The notes under the pieces are model-generated. The model saw only the letters and a list, made by a program, of their open reading frames with translations. It ran no database searches and was not told the DNA's origin. A DNA stretch of 64,000 nt from an uncultured Methanomassiliicoccales archaeon (GTDB taxonomy: Archaea > Thermoplasmatota > Thermoplasmata > RBG-16-68-12 > EA-27). The stretch spans positions 7,134 to 71,133 of the forward strand of contig CAYNEM010000014.1 of the NCBI GenBank assembly GCA_964396265.1, in the 5' to 3' direction. A program made the translations under genes and the position numbers. Position 1 is the stretch's first letter, and every line of letters starts with the position of its first letter. This document shows positions 8,702 to 17,814 of this stretch, in pieces.

Positions 8702-9610
8702 CTACCGCGCTCCGGCTTCCGGTTTCGTGGCGCTCGACCGCCGCGTGAGGACCGCCCAAACGCGCCGGAGGGGGCGTGTCACGATCTCGATCCTGCCCGT
8801 CTTGATCCCTACGTAGACGAGGGCCGTGAACACCCAGTAGGAGAGGTACGCGACCGCCTCGAGCCACGTGGGGTTGTCGTTGTACCCGATCAGGCCCCGG
8901 AGGACGAACCCCGCAGGGTTGTCCTGGCTGTCGGGGAAGGAGAGCTTCACGTTGTACACCTCGCCCGAGAGCCACGGGAGGATCCCCGCCTCCTGGAGCT
9001 CGTGGGCGCCGAACGCGAAGAGGCCCGCCGCAATGATGACGAGCACGAGACCCGTCACTTGGAAGAAGCGGCGGAGGTTGATCTTCCAGGACGCCCCGTA
9101 GATGCCGAACCCGATGAAGCCCGCGGCGACGAGACCGATCCCCACGCCCGCGACGAGGTCGGCGGTCGTCGTCTGCCCGGCTAGACCTGCCATGAATAGG
9201 ACCGTCTCCACGCCCTCGCGGAAGACCGCGATGAACGCGAGCGCCGCCAAGCCCATGACCTGGCGACCGTCGACGAGGATCTCGATCCGCTGCTCGACGT
9301 GGCGCCGGATGTCCTTCGCGGCCTTCATCATCCACAGGATCATGGACGTCAGGACGATGACGGCGATGATCGCAGCGATCCCCTCGAACAGCTGTTCCTG
9401 AACGCCGCCAAACTCGCCCCAGGCGAGGGCCCAGACCGCGGCGACGGCGGCGCTCACCGCGATCGCCAGCGCGGCCCCGAGGAACACGTACCTTCGGAGC
9501 TCCTTCTTCCCGATCTTCGTGAGATACGCGACGATGATGCCGACGACGAGAGCGGCCTCGATCCCCTCCCGTAGCCCCACGATGAGACCCGGAACGATTC
9601 CGACCGCCAT
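8702..9610 (-). CDS. High-affinity iron permease, FTR1/EfeU family
   Basis: Two REGxE motifs (REGIEAAL and REGVETVL) in a polytopic membrane protein. ATG at 9610 (MAVGIVPG). Confidence 0.75.
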   Translation of the reverse strand: MAVGIVPGLIVGLREGIEAALVVGIIVAYLTKIGKKELRRYVFLGAALAIAVSAAVAAVWALAWGEFGGVQEQLFEGIAAIIAVIVLTSMILWMMKAAKDIRRHVEQRIEILVDGRQVMGLAALAFIAVFREGVETVLFMAGLAGQTTTADLVAGVGIGLVAAGFIGFGIYGASWKINLRRFFQVTGLVLVIIAAGLFAFGAHELQEAGILPWLSGEVYNVKLSFPDSQDNPAGFVLRGLIGYNDNPTWLEAVAYLSYWVFTALVYVGIKTGRIEIVTRPLRRVWAVLTRRSSATKPEAGAR

Positions 9611-9679
9611 GTGCGACCCGCCTATGATTTCGGTCGACCGAACCTCTCGGGTCCGCCCAAACGGGGGCCGCACATAAGG

Positions 9680-9695
9680 TTTCGGCGCGCCGAAA
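9680..9695. promoter_or_regulatory. Perfect 16-bp palindrome TTTCGGCGCGCCGAAA in the divergent ftr1/dtxR intergenic region, candidate metalloregulator operator
   Basis: Read directly from the sequence. A partial TTTCGG half-site recurs at about 9713. It lies between divergently transcribed iron permease and DtxR-family genes. Confidence 0.4.
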
Positions 9696-9766
9696 TCGAC
9701 GGACCGGATGTTTCGGGGCACCTAATTGAACCCTCCGTATGTACGCGAACGCATCGCGCGCAAAGC

Positions 9767-9772
9767 TTTATC
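9767..9772 (+). promoter_or_regulatory. TATA-like element (TTTATC) about 28 nt upstream of the DtxR-family start, implying a leaderless mRNA
   Basis: Position relative to ATG 9800. Archaeal TATA boxes sit around -26/-27. Confidence 0.3.
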
Positions 9773-9799
9773 GAGGTCGCAACCGTGGCTCGCGTAGTC

Positions 9800-10243
9800 A
9801 TGTCGGCGGTCGGCTCCCACAGCGAGAACGTGGAGATGTACCTGAAGGCGATCTTCCTCGTCTCCAAGGACGGCGACGGGAGGGCGAAGACCGGCGACAT
9901 CTCGAAAGATCTGTCCGTCTCCCCTTCGTCCGTGACGGAGATGTTCGACAAGCTGCACAAGGAGGGGCTCGTCCGGCACGCGAAGTACCAAGGGGCGTCC
10001 CTCACAAAGAAGGGCGACGCGTACGCGCGTCAGATCCTACGCAAGCACTGCGTGATCGAGCGGTTCATGGTCACCACGCTGCACTATCCGAAGGGCGCGT
10101 TCCACGACGAGGCGTGCAAGTTGGAGCACGTCGTGAGCGACGAGACTGAGCAGCGCCTCCGGAAGCTCGTCGGGCAGCCGAAGACGTGCCCCGACTGCTA
10201 CGACCTAGGCAAGCATTACTGCTCCCTCCTGTTCCCTTCGTGA
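9800..10243 (+). CDS. DtxR/IdeR/MntR-family metal-dependent transcriptional repressor
   Basis: N-terminal HTH (ENVEMYLKAIF...GDISKDLSVSPSSVTEMFDKLHKEGLV). Metal-site His/Cys/Glu residues are present. C-terminal extra Cys pair. ATG verified at 9800. Confidence 0.75.
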   Translation: MSAVGSHSENVEMYLKAIFLVSKDGDGRAKTGDISKDLSVSPSSVTEMFDKLHKEGLVRHAKYQGASLTKKGDAYARQILRKHCVIERFMVTTLHYPKGAFHDEACKLEHVVSDETEQRLRKLVGQPKTCPDCYDLGKHYCSLLFPS

Positions 10244-10280
10244 ACTCCGGGTCGGAGCGGTCTCCGGCGAGACCCGTAGA

Positions 10281-11078
10281 CTAGGATGGGACCGGATCCA
10301 GGCCTGAACGGTAGCCGCCCGGGTCGATCACGGTTTCCAGGTAGCCGAGGAGGCGGAACGCGCGCGTGACGTCCGCGCGCATCGCCGTCAATCGGGGGAC
10401 CTCCTCCGGGGAGACTTGGGCCTTCGCGGTCCCTCCGAGGTGGCGCACGCGGACCTGGCGGAACCCCCGTCCTCGTAGGAACTCCTCCGCCGCTTCCACT
10501 TGACGGAGCACCTCCAACGTGACCGCGGTCCCGTGGGGAATCCGCGAGGACAGGCACGCGTTGTTCGGCTTGTCCCAGAAGGAGAGGCCCACATGCTTCG
10601 CGAGTCCACGGACATCCGGTTTCGCGAGGCCGAACTCCACGAGGGGATGCCAGAACCCCGCCTCATCCATCGCGCGGATCCCCGGCCGGACGTCCCCGAG
10701 GTCGGAGACGTTCACGCCGTCCGCGATCGTCGTGAAGCCCTCCTTGGCGGCGATGGCCGTGAGCTCGCCTGCGAGTTCCGTGCGGCAGAAGTAGCACCGG
10801 TTCGTCGGATTCCGGCGGTACTCTGCGTTCGCGAGCTCGGAGACGAACGTCACGCGAAGGGGGATGCCTATCTCCTCCGCCTCCGCGCGCGCCTCGGCGA
10901 GCTCCCGACGGGACAGGCTCTCCGCATCTGCGATCACCGCCAGGGCGTTCCCGTCGAGCGCGTCATGCGCGAGCTTCGCGACGAGCCCGCTGTCGACGCC
11001 GCCGGAGAATGCGACGAGCACGCGCTTCCGTTCTCGGATCGCCGCGACCATGGCATCGTACGCGAGCGTCGTGTCCAT
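10281..11078 (-). CDS. PP-loop ATP pyrophosphatase, LarE-like sulfur transferase family (COG1606)
   Basis: SGGVDS PP-loop motif and a conserved Cys (NRCYFCRT). ATG at 11078. An alternative start sits at 11117. Confidence 0.65.
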   Translation of the reverse strand: MDTTLAYDAMVAAIRERKRVLVAFSGGVDSGLVAKLAHDALDGNALAVIADAESLSRRELAEARAEAEEIGIPLRVTFVSELANAEYRRNPTNRCYFCRTELAGELTAIAAKEGFTTIADGVNVSDLGDVRPGIRAMDEAGFWHPLVEFGLAKPDVRGLAKHVGLSFWDKPNNACLSSRIPHGTAVTLEVLRQVEAAEEFLRGRGFRQVRVRHLGGTAKAQVSPEEVPRLTAMRADVTRAFRLLGYLETVIDPGGYRSGLDPVPS

Positions 11079-11136
11079 GGGAATGTCTGCATATCGACCT
11101 CGTCTTGATAAGGGCATCGCACCATCGACGGCCCGC

Positions 11137-12339
11137 GTGACGAACCTATCGCACCTAGAGTGCTCGAAGTGCGGACAGACGTACGACGCAACACTCCGAA
11201 ACCTCTGCCCGAAGTGCGAACGCCCGCTCCTCGCGCGATACGACCTCGAGAGGGTCCGGAAGGAGGACCTCCTTCCCCGCCGCGACCTCTGGCGTTATCT
11301 CCCGCTCCTGCCGCTCGCGAACCTCGACCAGGCGTTCCCCCTCGGCGAGGGCGGGACGCCGCTGTTGCGCGCTAGCAACCTCGAAAAGGCCGTGGGCCTC
11401 CGGGAGGTGTACGTGAAGGACGAGTCCGCGAACCCCACGGGCACGTTCAAGGCGCGGGGGATGGCGGTGGCCGTCCCGATGGCGAAGGCGCTCGGGGCGA
11501 CGAAGCTAGCGGTGCCGAGCGCGGGGAACGCCGGGAGCGCGATGGCCGCGTACGCCGCCAAGGCGGGGATGGAGTCACTCGTCGTGATGCCGCGCGACAC
11601 CCCCATCGAGATTGTGCGCGAGACCTCCGCCTTCCCCGTCCGCCTCTTCTTCACGGAGGGCCTCATCACGGACGCCGCGGAGATCGTGAAGGAGGCCTCC
11701 CGGAAGCTCGGCTACTTCCTGATGGCGACGCTCCACGAGCCGTACCGCGTGGAGGGGAAGAAGACCATGGGCTACGAGGTGTGGGAGCAGCTCGGCGGCC
11801 TCCCGGACTGGGTCGTGGTCCCGACGGGCGGCGGCACGGGCGTCGTCGGACTGTGGAAGGCGTTCGAGGAACTGCGGGCCCTCGGATGGTACGAGGGGCG
11901 TCCCCCGAAGATCGCATTCGTCCAGGCGGCCGAGTGCGCGCCCCTCGTGCAGGCGTTCGACCGCGGGAAGGAGACTGCGGAGGAGTGGAAAGGTGCAAAG
12001 ACGATTGCAGCAGGTCTCCGCGTGCCCAAAGCGATCGCGGACGCACTCGTGCTGCGCGCGACGAGGTCGTCCGGAGGACGGGGCGTCGCCGTCACGGACG
12101 GGGCGATGGCCGCCGCCACGGCGGAGCTCGCAAGGCTCGAGGGCATCCACGCGTGCTTCGAAGGCGGAGCCACCTTGGCGGCGCTCCGCCAGCTCGTCAC
12201 AAACGGACACATCCAGCCGGACGAGCGGGTCGTCCTGTTCAACACGGGCACGGGACTGAAGAACGCGCGGGCGGCGGCGGGGATGAAGGTCGCGACGGTG
12301 CGCTCGTACGCCGAGTTACGGAAACGGCTGCACGGCTGA
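11137..12339 (+). CDS. thrC: Threonine synthase family PLP enzyme with N-terminal zinc ribbon
   Basis: CSKCG...CPKC ribbon. PLP-lysine block TGTFKARG. GGGTG-type loop (VPTGGGTGVVG). GTG at 11137 gives the usual short N-terminus. In-frame ATG alternatives at 11077 and 11083. The upstream 90 codons overlap the larE-like gene on the other strand and are discounted. Confidence 0.7.
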   Translation: MTNLSHLECSKCGQTYDATLRNLCPKCERPLLARYDLERVRKEDLLPRRDLWRYLPLLPLANLDQAFPLGEGGTPLLRASNLEKAVGLREVYVKDESANPTGTFKARGMAVAVPMAKALGATKLAVPSAGNAGSAMAAYAAKAGMESLVVMPRDTPIEIVRETSAFPVRLFFTEGLITDAAEIVKEASRKLGYFLMATLHEPYRVEGKKTMGYEVWEQLGGLPDWVVVPTGGGTGVVGLWKAFEELRALGWYEGRPPKIAFVQAAECAPLVQAFDRGKETAEEWKGAKTIAAGLRVPKAIADALVLRATRSSGGRGVAVTDGAMAAATAELARLEGIHACFEGGATLAALRQLVTNGHIQPDERVVLFNTGTGLKNARAAAGMKVATVRSYAELRKRLHG

Positions 12340-12340
12340 C

Positions 12341-15300
12341 TTAAGGTTCCCCCGACGGGAGGGCCCGACCCTCGCCCGGGAAGCACCGGAGGCGGACTCC
12401 CTTCCGCTCGAGGCGAACGAGGCCCTTCGAAGCCAGACCGCGGATATGATACAGGGCGTGCTGGCTTGTGATCCCTAGCGCCCCTGCGATGTCCTTCACC
12501 GCCAGCCCGGGGACCTGGCGGATCGCGCCGAGCATCCGCATCTGGACCTCGTGCAATCCGCCGCCGTCCTCCGGCACGCGGACGCCAACGGGGAAGAACC
12601 GCTTGTGGGCGCCGTAGGTCTGCGCGCGGAGGATGCCCTCGCGCTCCAGGACGACGAGGTGATACGACAGCGTGCCGTTCGTCAACTGCAGGTTGTGCTT
12701 GAGGTGCGAGTACGTGTCGCCCGGGTGGACCATCAGGTATCCGAGGATCATCCCGCGGGTCTGGTGCTCGAGCAGTTCGTTCCGGCGGCGCCGCGCGTAC
12801 AGGGGCACGAACAGGAATTTCAAGAGGAAAAGCTTGCCGCCCTCCGTCGACGCCATCGCCGCGGCGAACAGGATCGCGCCGCCAAGGACGATCCATCCGA
12901 TCGGGCCTGACGTGACGGAGACCTCGATCATGTCCTCGTCCGTCGCACCCTGGCGGTCCGTCACCCGGAGGAGGATCTGGTATCGGCCTGCGTCCCGGAA
13001 CACGTGCGACGCGCGCGCTCCGAAGAGGACGGCCACGACCCGCCCGTCGTCGTCCTCGATGCGCCAGGCGTAGCCCGCGATGTCCCCCGTGGATTGCGTC
13101 GCGACGAACGTCACCGGCTCCCCGACCTGCGCACGGTTCGGGCCGAGTGCCTTCGCGACCGGCGGTACCACGGGCGGCGGGGGCTCTGTCCGGAAGGTGA
13201 TGAGCACCCGGACCGCGAGAGGGTTCCCCGGCGCGCTGTCGTCCTTGGCGGTCGTCGTGAAGGAGAGCGCATACCCCGCGTCCAAGGGGAACGGATCGTG
13301 TAGGATTGTGAGGACCTCGGTGTCCCCGTCGCCGATCGACCAGACGAACAAAGGCACGATCGCAGGCGCGATGGAGAAGGACGCCTGAAAGGAGGATCGG
13401 TTCACTCGCTCCGACCACACGAACGAGACTTCGTCGTTCAAGGGCACGCCGAGTTCACGGTCCTCCGGGAAGCTCCGGACGAGCGTGGGCGGCGTGGAAT
13501 CGATGCCGAAGGGAAGGCTGACCTCTGCGCCCTTTTCGCCGAGAGCGTCCGTCGCCTCCGCGCGAACGACGACGGACGAGACATCTAACCGCGGCAGCGT
13601 CCACGGGAGCGACGCGGGACCCACCGCCACAACGAGGCCGGCCTCCACGACGACCCACGTCGCTCCTCCGTCCGGGGAGTACGAGAGGGTCACGTAGAGG
13701 ACGCTGTCGTCAGGGTCCGCGGTCGTCCAAGCGATTTCGTGGGCGCTGCCGCCCGTCCAGTCCTCCCCCCCAACGGGGGTGACCAGATCAATCGTCGGTG
13801 CACAAGGGGTCGCGAAGGACCACGCAAACGGGATGAGGGGATTGCCCGGGTCCGAATCGTCCGTGAATGGCGCGCCGATCGAGAGGTCGTAAGGCGTGCA
13901 CGCCTGGACGCCGGAGAGGGCGACGTGCAGACGATCGGGGAGGGTCCACGTCACAGTGCGGCCGACCGGCGGCTGGACCGTGAGCGGGTCGGACGCGGGG
14001 AGCCCCATCGGCTCCGAGAAGTCCACGACGAGGTCCACTGGGAGCGGAGTCCGGGCTCCTGAGGGAGTAGCGGTCACGACCGTTGGCTTCGTGGAATCGA
14101 TCCCGAACGGCGCGCTCTCGGACGAGACTGTCACAGTCCCCTCCGTGGCGGTGACGTTGACGATGGCGTCCTCGGCATCCGACATCGGGAGGACCCACGG
14201 GAACGCCTCCGTGGCGGCGGTCCCCCCCGGGACGGCCACGTCGCGGACGCCGATCGTGCCGGTCTGAGCTCCGCCCGCGTACCGATACACGACCGTGACG
14301 GCGAACGTCCGATCGAACGGTCCGAGGTTGTCGACCTCGACGAGCACCGTGTGGCTCGACCCGCCGGTCCAGGACTCGCCGCCTAGGGGCCCGAGGAGCC
14401 GGACCGACGCGCCCGCGCCGCAGCTCGTGGTGAACGACCACGGATTGGAAGATGGGCCGGGGGCCAGCGGAAGACCCGAGGGGTCCGAGCCCTCGACGCG
14501 CACCCCGTACTGCGTGCATGACCGGAAGAGCCCGTGGACGACGGTGAGGGCCTGGTAGACGGGATCCCAGGCGTACTCGAACACCGTCAGGGTCGGCGTG
14601 AACGATACGACGACGGACCCCGGGTCCATCCCCTCGCTGAATGAGATCACGACCGGGTCGTCCCGCGGCACGCCCGTCTCGCCATCCGACGGCATCGTGA
14701 TGGCGAGGTACGGGCTCGAGCACGTCGTCACGAAGGACCACGGATTCGGCACGGGGCCCCAGACCAGCGGGTCGCCCATCGTGTCGTTCGCCGCGACGCC
14801 GATGACGAGCATCATACAGGGGGGCAGGGAGCCGCTCGGGTGGTAGAAGGACACCGACGTGTTCCCCGCGTACCAGACCGGGGTGAGATTGGTCGGCGGT
14901 TGCAGGTTCCACGTAAGCGAGGAGGGGTCCATCGCCTCGCTGAACGTCGCGGAGATCGTCGCATTGAGGAGGACGTCGACCGCGCCGTCCACGGGATTCG
15001 TGGACAGGACGCGAGGGTTGGCGCAGTTCGTGTCGAAGCTGAGGTATATCCCGGGCGACAGGGGATTCCCCGCCAGGTCATCTCCCGCCAGCCCGATCGC
15101 GTACGAAGTGCATGCGGTCCATCCATTCCGCGGCGTGAGCCAGAGGTCGTCGGAGGCAGGCCAGGTCGCATCGATCACGATCGAGGGCGCCAGGGACCAG
15201 GTCACGTTCGGAGTGTCCATGGCCTCGGAAAACAGGACATGCAGGGGCTGGTCCAGGAGGACGTGTGTCGACCCGCGGGGCGGATCCACCGAGAGAACCG

Positions 15301-15730
15301 CAGGGTCCGCGGAGTCAATCGTGAAGGACGCGGCGCTCGTCCTGCACGTGCTGTTCCCCCCGCCGTCCCAAACGCACACGCGGATCCGTGCGGTCGTCAC
15401 GTTGACCCCGGGCACCGACCAGTCGTACGTCGCGCCCCCCGTCGGGTAGTAGCCCGACACGACCGGCGTCGGGAAGGTGGTCCCGTTGTCCATCGAAGAA
15501 TCGATTGCAGTCAGAAGCTCGATCTCGCCTCCGTCCGTCACGTTCCAGCGGATGGGGTAGGCGACCGTGCCCCGGAGGATCTCCCCGCCGTCCGGGTCAA
15601 GGGCGGAGAACGAAGAGAACGTGGGCGGGATCCCCGCGCGCGCTGGGCCGAGCGGTGACAAAATCCAGCCTGCAGCGAGGAGGCTCATCAGGATCAGGAG
15701 CTGAGCCCGCCCACGTGGATTTGGAGCCAT
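12341..15730 (-). CDS. Giant membrane-spanning regulator-like protein: signal peptide, multiple Ig-like (Big/SbsA-type) and PKD-like extracellular domains, one TM helix, two cytoplasmic winged-HTH domains
   Basis: ATG at 15730 (MAPNPRGRAQLLILMSLLAAGWILS). Repeated FSEAMD...TW modules. TM helix IGWIVLGGAILFAAAMA. C-terminal region has two wHTH-like segments (MILGYLMVHPGDTYSHL...LVVLEREGIL and AVKDIAGALGITSQHALYHIRGLASKGLV). The ORF is continuous for 1130 aa. Confidence 0.6.
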   Translation of the reverse strand: MAPNPRGRAQLLILMSLLAAGWILSPLGPARAGIPPTFSSFSALDPDGGEILRGTVAYPIRWNVTDGGEIELLTAIDSSMDNGTTFPTPVVSGYYPTGGATYDWSVPGVNVTTARIRVCVWDGGGNSTCRTSAASFTIDSADPAVLSVDPPRGSTHVLLDQPLHVLFSEAMDTPNVTWSLAPSIVIDATWPASDDLWLTPRNGWTACTSYAIGLAGDDLAGNPLSPGIYLSFDTNCANPRVLSTNPVDGAVDVLLNATISATFSEAMDPSSLTWNLQPPTNLTPVWYAGNTSVSFYHPSGSLPPCMMLVIGVAANDTMGDPLVWGPVPNPWSFVTTCSSPYLAITMPSDGETGVPRDDPVVISFSEGMDPGSVVVSFTPTLTVFEYAWDPVYQALTVVHGLFRSCTQYGVRVEGSDPSGLPLAPGPSSNPWSFTTSCGAGASVRLLGPLGGESWTGGSSHTVLVEVDNLGPFDRTFAVTVVYRYAGGAQTGTIGVRDVAVPGGTAATEAFPWVLPMSDAEDAIVNVTATEGTVTVSSESAPFGIDSTKPTVVTATPSGARTPLPVDLVVDFSEPMGLPASDPLTVQPPVGRTVTWTLPDRLHVALSGVQACTPYDLSIGAPFTDDSDPGNPLIPFAWSFATPCAPTIDLVTPVGGEDWTGGSAHEIAWTTADPDDSVLYVTLSYSPDGGATWVVVEAGLVVAVGPASLPWTLPRLDVSSVVVRAEATDALGEKGAEVSLPFGIDSTPPTLVRSFPEDRELGVPLNDEVSFVWSERVNRSSFQASFSIAPAIVPLFVWSIGDGDTEVLTILHDPFPLDAGYALSFTTTAKDDSAPGNPLAVRVLITFRTEPPPPVVPPVAKALGPNRAQVGEPVTFVATQSTGDIAGYAWRIEDDDGRVVAVLFGARASHVFRDAGRYQILLRVTDRQGATDEDMIEVSVTSGPIGWIVLGGAILFAAAMASTEGGKLFLLKFLFVPLYARRRRNELLEHQTRGMILGYLMVHPGDTYSHLKHNLQLTNGTLSYHLVVLEREGILRAQTYGAHKRFFPVGVRVPEDGGGLHEVQMRMLGAIRQVPGLAVKDIAGALGITSQHALYHIRGLASKGLVRLERKGVRLRCFPGEGRALPSGEP

Positions 15731-15871
15731 CCTCCACCATTGAATGGCCGCCTCCGCACTGTCTCGTCGCGTATTTGGCCTGATTGAAACGCCCCTGTAA
15801 TCGTATAAAGGATTAGTGGTCCGACAGGGCGGTGCCGAACCATTAAGCGGAGCGTAGGCATCCGCCGCCCG

Positions 15872-16984
15872 ATGGCCGAGGCCGGGAAGTGGAAGTTCCT
15901 GCTGCTCCCTGCCGCCCTCGTCCCAATCCCGATCCTGCTCCGCCTGTTCGCTGCCCCGGACCTCGTGGTGTTCGCGGCGGCGGGCGTGGCGGTGATTCCA
16001 CTCGCGCACCTGATGGGGGTTGCTACCGAGGAGCTCGGGAAACGCGCGGGGCCAGGGATCGGCGGCTTCCTCAACGCGACCCTCGGGAATGCGACGGAGC
16101 TCATCATCGCCTTCGTCGCCCTAGGCCGCGCAGCCGCTCTGGCGGGAGCGGGGAACCAGGCGGCCGCGGACGGCCTCCTGGAGGTCGTGAAGGCCTCGAT
16201 CACGGGCTCCATCATCGGGAACATTCTCCTCGTCCTCGGCCTCAGCATGCTCATCGGAGGGCTTCGGTACAAAACACAGGCCTTCTCCGTGCGGGCAGCC
16301 GAACTTCAGGTGACGCTCCTGGTGCTCGCCGTCGTCGCCCTCGTCATGCCCGAGCTGTTCCAATTGTCTACCGGGCGCGCGAGCCCGGGACAGCTTTCCA
16401 ACGTCAGCCTCGCCATCTCCGTACTGCTCCTCATCGGGTATGTACTGGGCCTCGTGTTCTCTCTCCACACCCACAAGGACGTGTTCAACCCCGTAACAAA
16501 GGAGCAGGAGGAACCGATCTGGAGCCGGAACCTCGCGATTGGCGTCCTCCTCGGGGCGACGGCCCTCGTTGGCCTCATCGCGGAAATCCTCGTCGGGGCC
16601 GTCGAGGGCGTCACGCCGGCTCTCGGAATCCCGCGTCCCGAGCTGTTCATGGGAGTCGTCGTGATCGCGATCATCGGCAACGCTGCCGAGCACGGCGCCG
16701 CCGTCACCATGGCGTGGAAGAACAAGATGGACCTCAGCGTCGGCATCTGCACGATCTCGAGCGTGCAGATCGCGTTGTTTGCGACTCCCGTCCTCGTCCT
16801 CGCGTCGTTCGCCCTCGGGGCGCCCTTTACGCTCGCGTTCGAGATCTTCGAACTCGTCGCGATTGTCCTCGCCGTGGCAATCCTGGCGGTAATCGCGAAG
16901 GACGGAGAGACGAACTGGTACGAGGGCGTCCTGCTCCTCCTCGTCTACGGAATCATTGCGTTCGGGTTTTTCTACCACCCATGA
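15872..16984 (+). CDS. Ca2+/H+ antiporter, CaCA (ChaA/CAX) family
   Basis: Two alpha-repeat signatures, GNATELIIA and GNAAEHGAAV. About 11 TM helices. ATG at 15872. Confidence 0.75.
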   Translation: MAEAGKWKFLLLPAALVPIPILLRLFAAPDLVVFAAAGVAVIPLAHLMGVATEELGKRAGPGIGGFLNATLGNATELIIAFVALGRAAALAGAGNQAAADGLLEVVKASITGSIIGNILLVLGLSMLIGGLRYKTQAFSVRAAELQVTLLVLAVVALVMPELFQLSTGRASPGQLSNVSLAISVLLLIGYVLGLVFSLHTHKDVFNPVTKEQEEPIWSRNLAIGVLLGATALVGLIAEILVGAVEGVTPALGIPRPELFMGVVVIAIIGNAAEHGAAVTMAWKNKMDLSVGICTISSVQIALFATPVLVLASFALGAPFTLAFEIFELVAIVLAVAILAVIAKDGETNWYEGVLLLLVYGIIAFGFFYHP

Positions 16985-17780
16985 GGGTCTTCGCGACCTT
17001 CTGGTGACGCGCGCACAGAAGGCCGCTCTCGACCTGCGCGTGGAGCAACTCCTCCTGCCAGTGCGCGTTGAACAGCACGCAGTCCCCGTCGTCGCAGAAC
17101 GGCTCCCCCGTCGCATGGTAGAACAGCGCCTGGAGCGCGTATCCCTTGGCGACCTGCGTGAGGCGCGCGTCGTCGAAGTCGAGGAACCGCCCCGCGAACC
17201 CCTCCTTCAGCGACTCGTATCGCGCGTCCGCGCTCTCGATGCGGAGCCCGCGTTTGGCGGCGTAGAACGCGCGGGGCTTGGCGGGGCCCTCCACGAGCCC
17301 GCTGGTCGAGATGAGGGACGGGTATCCGAGGACGACGGCACGTGCATGGTACCTCCGGTCCGCATCGTCGAACGTGCCCAGCAGGCGGGACGTGAACGCG
17401 ACGTGGGCTGACCGGAGCGTCCGCTCCTTTGGCGGCAGGGCGGCCCGCAGGATTCGCTGGAGCCGAACGCCGTCGTAGAGCACGCCCGGGGATCCGCGTT
17501 CTGGGGATTCCATTCGGCGGCGCTCGAACATGACGAGAGGCGGAGGCGGCTCGTCCGTCGGGAGTGGATGGGCAATGTCCGAGACGCGCATCGCGGCCAT
17601 CTCCCTGGCGAGGGCGTCCAGGTCCGCGACCTTGTGGTGGAGCAGGAACTCGTGTCGAACCCTCGTCGGGATCCCGAGGACCTCCGCGAGGTGTGCCGCC
17701 ACCGCCTTCAGGTCGAGCACCGCGGAAGAAGGATCCTCGTACAGGTAGACGCGGTCCGGCGCGACGACAACGTCCGCCAC
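16953..17780 (-). CDS. Hypothetical protein with Cys/His cluster (FCDDGDCVLFNAHW...LCARH)
   Basis: High-GC3 ORF of 275 aa. I recognise no family. Possible metal site. Confidence 0.4.
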   Translation of the reverse strand: MADVVVAPDRVYLYEDPSSAVLDLKAVAAHLAEVLGIPTRVRHEFLLHHKVADLDALAREMAAMRVSDIAHPLPTDEPPPPLVMFERRRMESPERGSPGVLYDGVRLQRILRAALPPKERTLRSAHVAFTSRLLGTFDDADRRYHARAVVLGYPSLISTSGLVEGPAKPRAFYAAKRGLRIESADARYESLKEGFAGRFLDFDDARLTQVAKGYALQALFYHATGEPFCDDGDCVLFNAHWQEELLHAQVESGLLCARHQKVAKTLMGGRKTRTQ

Positions 17781-17814
17781 GCGCGGCGAACGCGCGCGCG
17801 GGATAAGGGATTGT

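Noticed and set aside
8664-9335. 224-codon N-terminal extension of the CGS/OAH-like ORF
   Set aside because: R/G-rich and overlaps the FTR1 permease gene. Homology starts at ATG 8663.
10864-11136. Upstream extension of the threonine-synthase-family ORF
   Set aside because: S/A/R-rich and antisense to the larE-like gene. The GTG at 11137 gives the canonical short N-terminus before the zinc ribbon.
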